Position numbers and translations under genes: made by a program
Shown: piece after piece, positions 1-12,873 of the stretch
Layout of the letters: each line of letters opens with the position of its first letter
Numbering within the stretch: position 1 is the stretch's first letter
The notes under the pieces: model-generated
What the model was told of the DNA's origin: nothing
Databases searched by the model: none
Seen by the model: only the letters and a program-made list of their open reading frames with translations
Origin: Malacoraja senta
Taxonomy: Eukaryota
NCBI GenBank assembly: GCA_038087875.1
Contig: CM075989.1
Coordinates: 10,602,001-10,666,000 of the forward strand
Direction of reading: 5' to 3'
DNA length: 64,000 bases

Positions 1-509
1 AAAGATACAGCACTGAGGTAGAAAATCCCACATAGTTTTGATGAATGGCTGAGCGTGAAGAGCAAAATGGCCTACTTCTGATTTTGATTCTTATGCTCAT
101 CTATCAGTTAACATGGCTGAGGTAGATCTTAAACGTTAGGGTCTTGCATTGATCTCAGTGTGACGTTGTGCTCACAATTGGGGAGGGGGAGGGGGTGGGC
201 AATGGCATCTCGTGGGAAGGGGCAAGCGTCTGCAGAGTTAACGGCCACTATCTAAATTTTTGGCAACTGAACGGATGGCCTTTCCCTGATTGTGTCTGAT
301 TTGCTTGCAGGGTTGTGGCTGTGGTGTTTCCATTTGGTACACAATTCCATTCGTACTCAAGTAGCAATTCCAGGTATGACGCACTCCAAGCTGTTCAGAA
401 CTTTCAGACCATGACACATATACAGGTGTGAACTCTAATTGCAGGCAGTCTTGTATTTGCCGAGGTCTGGATTTGTTTTTGCAATTGTTCCAATTATCTG
501 ACAGCAACT

Positions 510-975
510 ACATAAGCTCATAAATTATAGGAATAGAATTAAGCCATTCGCCCATCTAGTCTACACCACCATTCAACCATGGCTGATCTATTTCTCCCTC
601 TCAACCCCATTCTCCTGCCTTCTCCCCATAACCACTAACACCCATACTAATCAAGAATCAGTCAAACTCCGCCTGAAAAATATTAATTGACGGCCTCCAC
701 AGCCGTCTGTAGCAATGAATTCCACAAATTCTACCTTCTGACGAAATAAATTCCTCCTCAGCTCCTTTCTAAAGGTATGTCCTTTGATTCTTAGGCTATG
801 GCCTCCAGTCCTAGACTCTCCTACTCATGGAAACATCCTCTCCACATTCACTCTATCCAGGCCTTTCACTATTCATGTAGTTTCAATGAGGTCCCCCTTT
901 CATCCTAAACTCCAGCGCTTACAGGCCCAGTGCCATCAAACGTTCATCATACGTTAACCCACTAATTCCTGGGAA
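510..975 (-). mobile_element. CR1 LINE 3' fragment
   Basis: Reverse complement matches the 3' ORF2/UTR of the CR1 copies at 1255-1900 and 10187-10620 (ggctgatcta, ttctcctgccttctccccata). Confidence 0.85.
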
Positions 976-1254
976 CTTAGGGACTTCCACGATGTGTAAC
1001 ATAATTTGGAAAGCCCGAGGTTGTTGCCAGTGTTGTTTGCAACCTTGTTCACTGCAGGTCGGCTCACATCACTCGATCTGATGTAAACTTAAGCATTTTA
1101 CAAAGTGATGCCTTTGCAAGTAGGCTGAAATGCTTGTATGAAGTCTGTGAGTTTTTATAGATTACTCTGCTGCAGACAATCCTGCCCTAATAAACCCATT
1201 TTATGCATGTACTGTAACTTCCTTATATGAAAATTCCAAAATGTAAGAGATTTT

Positions 1255-1900
1255 TTTGTAAGAATTTGAGTATAGGAGAGGATTTGAGTGTAGGAGTAAA
1301 GAGGTCTTTCTTCAGTTGTATAGGGCCCTGGTGAAACCACATCTGGAGTATTGTGTGCAATTTTGGTCTCCTAATTTGAGGAAGGACATCCTTGCTATTG
1401 AGGCAGTGCAGCGTCGGTTCCCGTGGCTAATCCCCGGGATGGCAGGACTGTCATATGAAGAAAGATTGGAAAGAGTGGGCTAGTATTCACTAGAATTTAG
1501 AAGGATGAGGGGGTATCTTATAGAAAAGTATAAAATTATAAAAGGACTGGACAAGCTAGATGCAGGAAAAATGTTCCCAATGATGGGGGAGTCCAGAACC
1601 AGGGGCCACAGTCTAAGAATAAAGGGGAGGCCATTTAAAACTGTGATGAGAAAAAACGTTTTCACCCAGAGAGTTGTGAATTTGTGGAATTCTCTGCTAC
1701 AGAAGGCAGTGAAGGCCAATTCACTGGATGAATTTAAAAGAGCGTTAGATAGAGCTCTAGGGGCTAGCGGAATCAAGGGGTATGGGGAGAAGGCAGGCAT
1801 GGGTTACTAATTATGGACGATCAGCCATGATCACAATGAATGGCGGTGCAGGCACGAAGGGCCAAATGGCCTCCTCCTGAACCTATTTTCTATGTTTCTA
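1255..1900 (+). mobile_element. CR1 LINE 3' fragment (C-terminus of ORF2 plus 3' UTR)
   Basis: ORF 1505-1810 contains TRGHSLRIKG and FTQRVVNLWNSL, typical of the CR1 ORF2 C-terminus; tatgtttcta tail. Confidence 0.93.
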
Positions 1901-2324
1901 TTTAATGCATGTTTTTGCTGTTTAAATCGCACGCGCAATTCCCTTTCCATCCAACGTGCTGTATTAATTTAATTTTTAAATCTTTCTTAGTTTGATGTGA
2001 CTGGAATTTTTTTTAAATGCAATTGACTACTCAGGCAGCCTACTGATGTCATTGTTGCTGGGCTTCAGGGATACCCCAGAACTGATGGTGGCAGATAGAT
2101 AGAGGGAGTTCATTTCCTAATTGCTCCACTACTGACCACAAGTTCCGAGCCGTTAATCTCACAGCTGATGATCAGTGTTAATATAGAAGCTTTATATTAG
2201 ATCCTGTCCATTCTAACACACTGAGGCACCACAATGCTAGCATATCTTGAGAAGCTAATGATCAACTCCATCGCCACAGACTTATCTGCTCAGAAATACC
2301 GGCAAATCCAAATAGATGCCACAG

Positions 2325-2533
2325 AATGGGAATTGTGTACTTTTTCATTCACATGTTTAAACTATAATGTTTTATTCTTAATGTTTTAATGTTTTATGTT
2401 TTATTCTTAATGGTTTACTGTATGTCGTGTTGTTACGTTCGAGCGGAGCACCAAGGCAAATTCCTTGTATGTGTACATACATGGCGAATAAACTTATTCA
2501 TTCATTCATTCATTCATTCATTCATTCATTCAT
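2325..2533 (+). mobile_element. LINE 3' end (Rex1/L2-type) with (TTCA)n tail
   Basis: caaattccttgtatgtgtacatac...aataaa followed by (ATTC)n at 2496-2533. Confidence 0.65.
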
Positions 2534-4484
2534 AATCAGTGCAGTGCCACAATGGGCTGAGGGTGAGATTTGAGGTCACTGGAAGAGTTGGTGCAGAGGT
2601 TGCTGGTCATATCAATGCTATGGGTAGTGCGGGGTCCAAACCAGTTATGGGGGTTGATGGTGGAGATGACAAGGATTGGAGTTGACCATTGCGACGGGGA
2701 ATGGATTATTAGGATTTGGAGCACCCATCAGGGGCTTTGGAGGCAACAGAGTGGTCTCGGGAATCAGTCTTCTGTTGAATCTGAGGGTTGGTTGATCAGA
2801 ATCTGGGTCTTGAAGACTTTGGCTTGAGATTGAGGGAGAGGGTTGTGTGGGACAGGAGACAAAAGTATAATTGGATGAAAAGTAAATGAGAAACTTACTA
2901 TATAGACCTGGGGATGGGACAAAAAAGTGGTTACTGCAAAGTGTTCTGTTATTTTTGAGATGACATGAAATGAAATTTTTGAGATGACTTAAAATATCCC
3001 ACAAATGATCATTATATTTCACTCCAAAAAAAATTGGTTTCGAAGTGAAGAAACAATGTTATGTGATGGAATATCCAAGCAGCCTTCTACCCTCAGTTCA
3101 GTAGGACTCACAGATGAAAAAGAAACCTTCCTTTGTCTTTCTGTGCACCCATGCCTGCCATAAGGACTCTGCAATGTTACCCAGTTTCCTCAAGAAAATG
3201 GAACCAGCAACATAAATGTACTATTACACTTTGACTGTCTGCTTCTGCTGCTGAGCCATAGTTCTCTCCAGTCTCAACAATGCACATTTTATAATGAGTT
3301 AACCAAGTGAAATCACTGTTGCATTGTAAGAAACCATGTAGTGCCAGGAACTTGCAAGATGTTATATAAATGCAACTGCTTTATTCCACCATATAAATTG
3401 GGACAATCATAGGTTTGATCCTTCGATCTGTTGAACTCGTGGAACTCAACCAAGGGAGTCGTTATGAGCTATAAATTCCTGTTTTCAAGGTGTGTAAATG
3501 AGATGTCATCCGAAATGTGAGTACTTCCTACACTGAGGTTAAAACTACAATAATTAAATGTCTTTATGGTTTCTTGCTTTGAATGTTCCCAAACTTTTGA
3601 CCTCTTGGGTAAGTTTGACCGGAACTATACATCTTAATATCATGGACTGCTGGTAAAGAAATAGAGGCTCACTCCAACACAGTTCAAAGGGAAACTATCC
3701 AATGATTAACTAATGACAGTCTCTGTTTATTTTGTCACCTCCCTGGAAATAATGTCCCATTATTAGACCGTCAAGTTAGGGCTCAGTTTGACCTGGCAAT
3801 AAATCATGGGTAAATGAAACCGTCCCATTCTGATTCACGGAGACACGTTGCCTTCCTTCACTTGCCACCTCTCAACCTCTCCTCACCTCACAAGCCTTCA
3901 CAAAAGGAGGCACAAATAATTGTGGCACAATTCATCCTGGCAGAAGGGCAGGAAAGTGAAAGTTTTGCTTTAGATGGATCTCAACGTATGCTCTGCTGTG
4001 ATCCTGGGCCAAAAAGAAAGGCTGGCATATCTTTCAAGGAAAAAAAAGTAGTGAAAACAATCTGCCCTACTTATCAGGCTGAGGATGGTCATTAGTGCAC
4101 AACACCGTGGGTGGTTAATGGATATCTGGTAGAAATAACATTCCCCTCCCAGCATATTATCCTCCTGCACACACAGGTCGCACAAGAAATAAACTGTATT
4201 TGGACAACTCATTTGTAACAAAACAAACATTAATTTGCTCTCATGTTTCCAAGCAAGAGATGGCTTTCCCTGGGAGTATTTCCGTGAATGCTGGCTGCTT
4301 CTCCAACCTTGACACGAACCATTGACTTAAAAACTCATGAACTTGAGTAACTCCTGCAGCCAGTGCAGTCTACAATGTGCTCCATTGTGATAAAACCAAC
4401 ACCTGATGGGGAACAAGTGAGAGAGCGACCAGAATTTCCTTATTGGCTTGTCCCCACTTCCTTAATAGAAGTGTTAGCCGTAAA

Positions 4485-4703
4485 TAGATACAACATGCTG
4501 AAGTAACACAGCGGTCAGGCAGCATCTCTGAAGAAAATGAATAGGTGATGTTTTGGGACAAGACCCTGCTTCAGACAGAAGAAGGTCTCAATCCGAAATG
4601 TGGCCTATTCGTTTTCTCCAGATACGCTGCCTGACCGGCTGAGTTACTTCAGCATATTGTGTCTATCTTCGGTGTAAATCCGCATCTGCAGTTCCTTCCT
4701 ACA
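4485..4703. mobile_element. Palindromic Penelope-derived short element with degenerate hammerhead cores
   Basis: Inverted arms (atgctgaagtaacacagcggtcaggcagc / gctgcctgaccggctgagttacttcagcat) homologous to the 3' end of the PLE at 26120-27072. Confidence 0.75.
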
Positions 4704-5597
4704 CGCGTTAGCTGTGAATTGTTGACTCGGATCCAGAATATGGACGGGTAAATGTGGTTGGTTACCAAGTCAGGCTTATGAGTTATGTATTATTTGCTGT
4801 AAATGGGAGGAAATTTCCATGTAAATCAATTGGTGACTTTAAAAGAAATCAGTGACATTTTAAACAAAGACGTTGCTTTATGCTTCAACCATTCAAAGCA
4901 AACCTTTATCCCCAAATCATCATTCTAAAGATATAGTTGCAAATAAGTAGGCAGAACGTCTAATCGCCAAGAACGGAAAATTGGGTGATGATGTGAAATA
5001 AATAAAAGTTGTGAGGTTTAAAGAGTTTGATGCTGTTAGGTTGTGTTCCTTATCTGGAAGGAACAACAGTAATATATCCAACAAAGCATCAACATATCTG
5101 AGACAGGTAGAAATTAATTCACTTAAAGGAATCTTCGGAATTCTCCATTTTGGAAGCATCATTGACTTTGTTCAAACTATAATCAGTAGATGTTTTGGTA
5201 CAAGGAAATGAAGCAAGAGTGTAGTGTGGAAAGTGTGTGTGGAGAGTTCTTTTAAGTTCTGACAACCTTTTCCATTGTTCAATGTGGCAAGAATGCAGAT
5301 GTTTGTAGCTTTTCTCTTGGCTCCTGTGGGTAGCTGCACATGCCCAGTTTTAGCAGGCCCGGTTATACTTGGAAACGAGCATGATGCCCTTCCTCATTTA
5401 TTTTTCACTAAATTTAGGATTTTCTGTGGGCATCTGATTGGGATTTATCAAAATGTGCAGTGCATGTTTAATCTAGTGTCCACTCCAGGCCGACAACCCC
5501 ATCACTGATCACATTCAGTCAGCTCTGTTGGACAGATTACATCGTTCGACTGCCTGACACAATGTGGTGGCCTAATTCTGCTCCAGCTCCAGCTCCA

Positions 5598-6485
5598 TCT
5601 ACACGTTTGCACATGATACCGCTGCAGTGGGCCGGACGTTGAACAATGATAACACAGAGCACAGGAAGGAGATAGAGAGCTTATAACAAAATGTCAACCC
5701 AACAACCTCTGCTCCAAAGTCAGCAAGATGAAGGAGATAGCTATTGACTTCAGGATGTGAGGTGGAGTACAAGCCCCAATCAGCATCAATAGTGGAGATG
5801 GTGGAGAGCTTCAAGTTCCCCGGCATGAATATCATCAACAATTTGTCCTGAACCAACCATGTTGAAGCTATGGCTAAGAAAGCACACCAACGCCTCTACT
5901 TCCTTGAAGATTGAGGTTTGTAATGTATCTAATAAACTCTTACTAACTTCGATAGATGTATCATAGAAAACCATCTTGTCGGGATCCATCACAGCTTGCC
6001 TTGCAACTGCTCTGCTCAAGACCACAATACATTACAGAGAGTTGATGATGTGGCCCAATCCATCACACAGACAAGTCTTACCCCATTGATTCCATCTAAA
6101 GTTCACTCTGCCTTGGGAAAGCAGCCAACAATAACAAGGACCAATTTCATCCCGTTGATTCCTTCTTCTCCCCTCTCCTGCCAGGAAGAAGACACAAATG
6201 CTTGAATTCAGCAGCAGCTTTTTTCCCGCTGTTATCAAAGTAAGCTACGATGTCGTCCTGACACTCCGAAGTACCTCAGTGCAAACCTTGCGCTTTTTCT
6301 ATGTAACTAATGCTATAATGCTGTAACAGTATATTTTGCACCCTGGTATTTTTCTCCCTGCACTAACTGTTGTACGTGTCCATGGTTTGATTGTACTCAA
6401 GTGTAGCATGATTTGAGAGGATAGCACGCAAATAATGTTTTGTTACTGTGTCTTGGTTCACATGATAATAATAAACAAATACCAA
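5598..6485 (+). mobile_element. Decayed Rex1/Babar-type LINE 3' part
   Basis: Degenerate F(A)DDT..VG..NND..YR.E coding remnant at ~5600, KKAHQRLYFL at ~5875, and family 3' UTR. Confidence 0.75.
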
Positions 6486-7259
6486 TTTCAATACAAGACT
6501 CCTGAAACAGACTGCCCATTCCATATTCTGTCATGGGAAGAGATGACTGAGCTGATAGAGGAACAGTTTGAAAAATGTTCTTAAAGCATTGTTGAAAATT
6601 TGCAGTATGTCCTCTAACTCTTGGGATATTCTTGGCCCATGCCTGGTTAAATCTGAGAAGAGGCATTTGGGATGGCACAGAGAGCTTTGAGTCTGCATGT
6701 CGGGAGCACATAGAAGTCAAAGTAAGTGGTGGAAGGAAAATACCTCATAACATCCTTCCCCCCTCCACCCCCCTCTCCCCACCCTCCCCCTCACCACCAC
6801 CCCCAATTCCCTCCCTCCTGCCCCATCTGTCAATGACTCTGGAGTTCACAAACTGGCCTCATCAGCCTTCTCAGAACCAACAAGATTGGAGGGGATGCGA
6901 GTTATCCTTCCTCTTGAGGGAAGGGAGCCGGGGGAGGAGGAGAAGAAGGGGAGATGAAGAAGAAGAAGGAGAACATGGGGGGGGGGGGGGAGGGGCATGC
7001 GGTGGAGGACAACAACATCAAAACCAGTAGTTCTGGATCTGTGATGCAGAGATAGGTGTTAAAATCCTATTACATATGCTAAAGAATTTAAATTCATGTA
7101 ATTAAATAAACCAAGAGTTCAATAAAAAAGCTGTCTTGAAGCTTCCACTTTTAGCCTTAGGACAAGCAGAACCAGAGTGGAAGCAATTCATCCTCGATTC
7201 TGTGCAGTGGCCTGTGCAGTGAGAAGGAGCAGATGGTGGTTCAGCAGTTAGTGGTGCTA

Positions 7260-7472
7260 CATAGAAACATCGAAGATAGGTGCACGATTAGGCCATTTGG
7301 TCCTTCGAGCCAGCACCACCATTCAATATGATCATGGCTGATCATCCCCAATCAGTACCCTGTTCCTGCTTTCTCCCCATATCCCTTGATTCCGTTAGCC
7401 CTAAGAGCTATATCTAACTCTTGAATACATCCATTGAATTGGCCTCCACTGCCTTCTGTGGCAGAGAATTCG
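7260..7472 (-). mobile_element. CR1 3' end fragment
   Basis: Homologous to 10187-10410; encodes GIKGYGEKAGTGY. Confidence 0.85.
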
Positions 7473-8539
7473 ACATCATGGCTGCCATGATATGGGTTCA
7501 ATCCTGACCTCGGCTGTGCGGAGTTTATGTGTTTCCTCCTCATGCCCCATTTCTTTCCCATCTCCAAAGACATGGGGGCTGGTACAGTCATTGACTTCTG
7601 TAAATTGCTCCTAGTCTGCAGGTCAGTGGGGGAACCCAGGGGGAATTATGAAAATAAAGTCAACTTATTATAGGATTAGTGGAAATGGGTGCTTGATGGT
7701 GGGTGTGGATCTGGTGGGCCGAGGAGTCCCTTTCTCGCCTATGTGAAAAAGAAGTAATGAGGAATAGAAATGAAATACAATGGAATAAATGAAGTGCTGA
7801 CAGAGAATTAAACACAGCAAGGAAGAAAAATATATCCTGACAATAATAACTCATAAAAATATACACATCAATACACACTCAGTTCAACCAAAGTTTAACG
7901 CTTGTGAAGAGATACGTTATAATTTAGAAGGGAAAGGAGAAGATAAAATAAGGGGAAAGGGCAGAAAGAGAGAATAAGTGAAGAATGGAAAAGGGAGGAT
8001 GTAAAATGGTGAGGGAGAAAGAGAACAAATAAGGGGAAAGAAACATAGGGAGAGGAGAGTGAAAAAGAGGAAAATGGACAGAAAACAGGAAAGGACAACA
8101 TTAAACAGAATTAAAGAAAGAGAAGAATAAAGAAAGAGTGAATAATTATGCTGAGCTCTTCAATAATTTGATCCTGAAATGTTTTCTCCATCTGGCTTGA
8201 TGAGATCAATTTTGCAAGACAATGTACAGCTATACTTGAAGGGTTGAATATTTGCTTTGGTGCCAAATAGCAAGTTTGACTGGACTGGTATGGTGTTGAT
8301 TAACTGAAACACGGGATTTGTTTAGGCTCAGCCACATACAGTCTGAGAGAGTAATCGAGTCATACGACGTGGAAACAGGTCCTTTGGCTCACCACGTTCA
8401 TGCAGACCTTTTTGCCCATCTACACTAATCCTATTTGCTCACAGATGGGAGAAAGTAAACTTCACTCTACAATCAACAGGACCACTGGAATTGGGAAATA
8501 GATGTTAGACAAGTATTGCCTCTGAGTCTTTGCTACACT

Positions 8540-8968
8540 TCAGAGCACATTGACTCCATTTACACTTGACGCTGCCTCAGCAAGACCAGCAGCATAATCA
8601 AGGATGGGTCTCACCCTGGTCACTCCCTCTTCCCCTCTCTCCCATCAGGCAAGAGGTATAGAAGTGTGAAAACGCACGCCTCCAGATTCAGGGACACTTT
8701 CTTCTCAGCTGTTATCAGGCAATTGAACCACTCTATCAACTACCAGAGAGCAGTCCTGAACTACTATCTACGTCATTGGAGACCCTCCGACTATCTTTAA
8801 TGGGATTTTACTGGACTTTATTTTGCACTTAAAGTTATTACCTTTATCATGTATCTGTCCACTGTAGATGGCTCAATTGTAATCATGTATAGTCTTTCTG
8901 CTGACTGGTTAGCACGCAACAAAAGCTTTTCACTGCACCTCGATACACATGACAATAAACCAAACTTC
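8540..8968 (+). mobile_element. Rex1/Babar-type LINE 3' end
   Basis: PSGKRYRS...RFRD.F remnant and 3' UTR shared with 20820-21205 and 44930-45230. Confidence 0.75.
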
Positions 8969-9047
8969 AATAATCCATGCATAATCCACAATTACATTGG
9001 AGAATACTCAACCAGTCAGGCACCTCTACGGACAGATAAACAAGGTT

Positions 9048-9427
9048 GTAGAAACAAGGAACTGCAGATGCTGGTTTACAAAAAAAGGACATAAAGTGCT
9101 GGAGTAACTCAGCGGGTCAGGCAGCATTCCTGAAAAACATCAATAGGTGATGTTTCAGGTCGAGACCCTTCTTCAGACTGATTGCAGTTGTGGGAGGGGG
9201 TGGGGGGTGGTCAGGAAGAAAGCTGGATGGGAGGAGGGGCCGGACAAAGTGTTGCAGGTAATGAGTGGACTTTGTACAACTATTACTTACTGCCTGCCCC
9301 TCGTTGTTCTACACCCCCTTCCACCCCCACCCATTAGAATCAGTCTGAAGAATGGTCCTGACCCGAAATGTCACCTGTCCATGATCTCCAGGCCACTGAG
9401 CTACTCCAGCAATTTGTGTCCTTTTCT
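9048..9427. mobile_element. Palindromic Penelope-derived element with hammerhead motifs on both strands
   Basis: Minus strand ctgaagaagggtctcgacctgaaacatc (9148-9176); plus strand ctgaagaatggtcctgacccgaaatgtc (9345-9372). Confidence 0.8.
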
Positions 9428-9887
9428 TTAGCCTTTCAGGTTAATGATTCTTCATTAGAACACGCATGATAATCTGGGGTTAGTTGACAGATAGGTATTG
9501 GCCAAAATAGCTTTGCTCCTGCAAGATCGTCCTGTGGGAATACCACGCTGGAGCCAAATTAAGATTTTGTGCTCAGATCCCGAACTGCACAGAGTGAATG
9601 AGTTAATAGTCTACCTGAAAACAGCAGATCCAGTTTATCTGTTAAACCTGCTCAACCATTCCAGTGAAAATTAGGTACAGGTGGGGCAAGAGGAGACAGA
9701 ACCTAAATTATTGCCTTGAGTCTCATATGTGAAAGGGTTCAGCCATTACAAAGTCCAGACAAGTATTATCTTAATATTCAAAACATGACCTTGTTTAACA
9801 GTAAATATGACGCACGTACTTAATACTGCACCCTCGGGCACTTTGGGTGAATGCTGATTGTATTTCTCTGTTCACAACTGAAAGAAT

Positions 9888-10087
9888 NNNNNNNNNNNNN
9901 NNNNNNNNNNNNNNNNNNNNNNNNNNNNNNNNNNNNNNNNNNNNNNNNNNNNNNNNNNNNNNNNNNNNNNNNNNNNNNNNNNNNNNNNNNNNNNNNNNNN
10001 NNNNNNNNNNNNNNNNNNNNNNNNNNNNNNNNNNNNNNNNNNNNNNNNNNNNNNNNNNNNNNNNNNNNNNNNNNNNNNNNNNNNNNN
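9888..10087. other. Assembly gap (200 N)
   Basis: Run of exactly 200 N. Confidence 1.
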
Positions 10088-10186
10088 GCCACCCTAATGG
10101 CATTTTTTTGTGAAATGTGGCAAACCAGGGATTGATGAATAGTAACACCAAGCTTGATGTTATGAAGCTTGAGGAGGGGAGAGTAC

Positions 10187-12873
10187 ACATAGAAACATAG
10201 AAACATAGAAAATAGGTGCAGGAGTAGGCCATTCGGCCCTTCGAGCCTGCACCGCCATTTGATATGATCATGGCTGATCATCCAACTCAGTATCCCATCC
10301 CTGCCGTCTCTTCATACCCCCTGATCCCTTTAGCCACAAGGGCCACATCTAACTCCCTCTTAAATATAGCCAATGAACTGACCTCAACTACCTTCTGTGG
10401 CAGAGAATTCCACAGATTCACCACTCTCTGTGTAAAAAATGATTTTCTCATCTCGGTCCTAAAAGTCTTCCCTCTTATCCTTAAACTGTGACCCCTAGTT
10501 CTGGACTTCCCCAACATCGGGAATAATCTTCCTGCATCTAGCCTGTCCAACCCCTTAAGAATTTTGTAAGTTTCTATAAGATCCCCCCTCAATCTTCTAA
10601 ATTCTAGCGTGTACAAGCCGAGTCTATCCAGTCTTTCTTCATATGAAATCCTGCCATCCCAGGAATGAGTCTGATGAACCTTCTCTGTACTCCCTCTATG
10701 GCAAGTATGTCTTTCCTCAGATTAGGAGACCAAAACTGTACGCAATACTCCAGGTGTGGTCTCACCAAGACCCTGTACAACTGCAGTAGAACCTCCCTGC
10801 TCTTATACTCAAATCCTTTTGCTATGAATGCTAACATACCATTCGCTTTCTTCACTGCCTGCTGCACCTGCATGCCTACTTTCAATGACTGGTGTACCAT
10901 GATACCCAGGTCTCGTTGCATCTCCCCTTTTCCTAATCGGCCACCATTTAGATAATAGTCTACTTTCCTGTTTTTCCACCAAAGTGGATAACCTCGCATT
11001 TATCCACATTAGACTGCATCTGCCATGCATTTGCCCACTCACCCAACCTATCCAAGTCACCTTGCAGCCTCCTAGCATCCTCCTCACAGCTAACACTGCC
11101 CCCCAGCTTCGTGTCATCCGCAAACTTGGAGATGTTGCATTCAATTCCCTCATCCAGATCATTAATATATATTGTAAATAGCTGGGGTCCCAGCACTGAG
11201 CCTTGCGGTACCCCACTAGTCACTGCCTGCCATTCTGAAAAGGACCCGTTTACTCCTACTCTTTGCTTCCTGTCTGCCAGCCAGTTCTGTATCCACATCA
11301 ATACTGAACCCCCAATACCGTGTGCTTTAAGTTTGCATACTAATCTCTTATGTGGGACCTTGTCAAAAGCCTTCTGAAAGTCCAGATATAACACATCCAC
11401 TGGTTCTCCCTTATCCACTCTACTAGTTACATCCTCGAAAAATTCTATAAGATTCGTCAGACATGATTTACCTTTCATAAATCCATGCTGACTTTGTCCA
11501 ATGAATTCACCACTTTCCAAATGTGCTGCTATCCCATCTTTAATAACTGACTCCAGAATTTTCCCCACTACCGATGTTAGACTAACTGGTCTGTAATTCC
11601 CTGTTTTCTCTCTCCCTCCCTTTTTAAAAAGTGGGGTTACATTAGCTACCCTCCAGTCCTCAGGAACTATTCCAGAATCTAAAGAGTTTAGAAAAATTAT
11701 CACTAATGCATCCACTATTTCTGTGGATACTTCCTTAAGTACTCTGGGATGCAACTTATCTGGCCCTGGAGATTTATCGGCCTTTAATCCATTCAATTTA
11801 CCTAACACCACTTCCCGGCTAACCTGGATTTCACTCACTTCCTCCATCTCATTTAACCCCCGGTCCCTTGCTATTTCCGGCAGATTATTTATGTCTTCCT
11901 TAGTGAAGACAGAACCAAAGTAGTTATTCAATTGGTCTGCCATGTCCTTGTTCCCCATGATCAATTCGCCTGTTTCTGACTGCAAGGGACCTACATTTGT
12001 TTTAACTAATCTTTTCCTCTTCACATATCTATAAAAACATTTGCAGTCAGTTTTTATGTTCCCTGCCAGTTTTCTTTCATAATCTATTTTCCCTTTCCTA
12101 ATTAAGCCTTTTGTCCTTCTCTGCTGGACTCTGAATTTCTCCCAGTCCTCTGGTAGGCTGCTTTTTCTGGCTAATTTGTACGCTTCATCTTTTGTTTTGA
12201 TACTATCCATGATTTCCCTTGTTATCCACGGATGCACTACCTTCCCCGATTTATTCTTTTGCCAAACTGGGATGAACAATTGTTGTAGTTCATCCATGCA
12301 GTTTTTAAATGCCTTCCATTGCATATCCACCGTCAACCCTTTAAGAATCATTTGCCAGTCTATCTTGGCCAATTCACGTCTCATACCCTCAAAGTCACCT
12401 TTCTTTAAGTTCAGGACCCTTGTTTCTGAATTAACAATGTCACTCTCCATCCTAATGAAGAACTCAACCATATTATGGTCACTCTTGCCCAAGGGGCCAC
12501 GCACAACAAGACTGCTAACTAACCCTTCCTCATTACTCAATACCCAGTCTAGAATAGCCTGCTCTCTCGTTGGTTCCTCTACATGTTGGTTTAGAAAACT
12601 ATCCCGCATACATTCCAAGAAATCCTCTTCCTCAGCACCCCTGCCAATTTGATTCACCCAATCTATATGTAGATTGAAGTCACCCATTATAATTGTTTTA
12701 CCTTTGTTGCACGCATTCCTAATTTCCTGTATGATGCCATCCCCAACTCCACTACTACTGTTAGGTGGCCTGTACACAACTCCCACTAGCGTTTTCTGCC
12801 CCTTAGTGTTTCGCAGCTCTACCCATATCGATTCCACATCCTCCAAGCTAATGTCCTTCCTTTCTATTGCGTT
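10187..12873 (-). mobile_element. Young 5'-truncated CR1 LINE (APE C-half plus RT), inserted in an older CR1 remnant
   Basis: 628-aa ORF continued by two frameshifted segments (10604-10999, 10287-10616); 3' UTR and (ctatgttt)n tail at 10187-10210. Confidence 0.97.
10960..12846 (-). pseudogene. CR1 ORF2 fragment: apurinic endonuclease and reverse transcriptase
   Basis: Motifs VYRPP, MGDFN, SDHN (APE); [43 protein letters not shown] (RT). Lacks the N-terminus; frameshifts near 10970 and 10645. Confidence 0.95.

Noticed and set aside
238-507. 89-aa ORF with loose thrombospondin-repeat-like C/W spacing
   Set aside because: Lacks the WSxCS and RxRxxxC motifs, abuts a CR1 insertion, and has no supporting exon structure.
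4920-5211. Hydrophobic ORF following a possible splice acceptor
   Set aside because: No homology recognised; AT-rich composition explains the hydrophobicity.
9795-10281. ORFs spanning the N run
   Set aside because: Artefacts of the 200-N gap.
10960-12846. 628-aa ORF as a host or domesticated gene
   Set aside because: Ordinary 5'-truncated, frameshifted CR1 ORF2 with its 3' UTR and tail.
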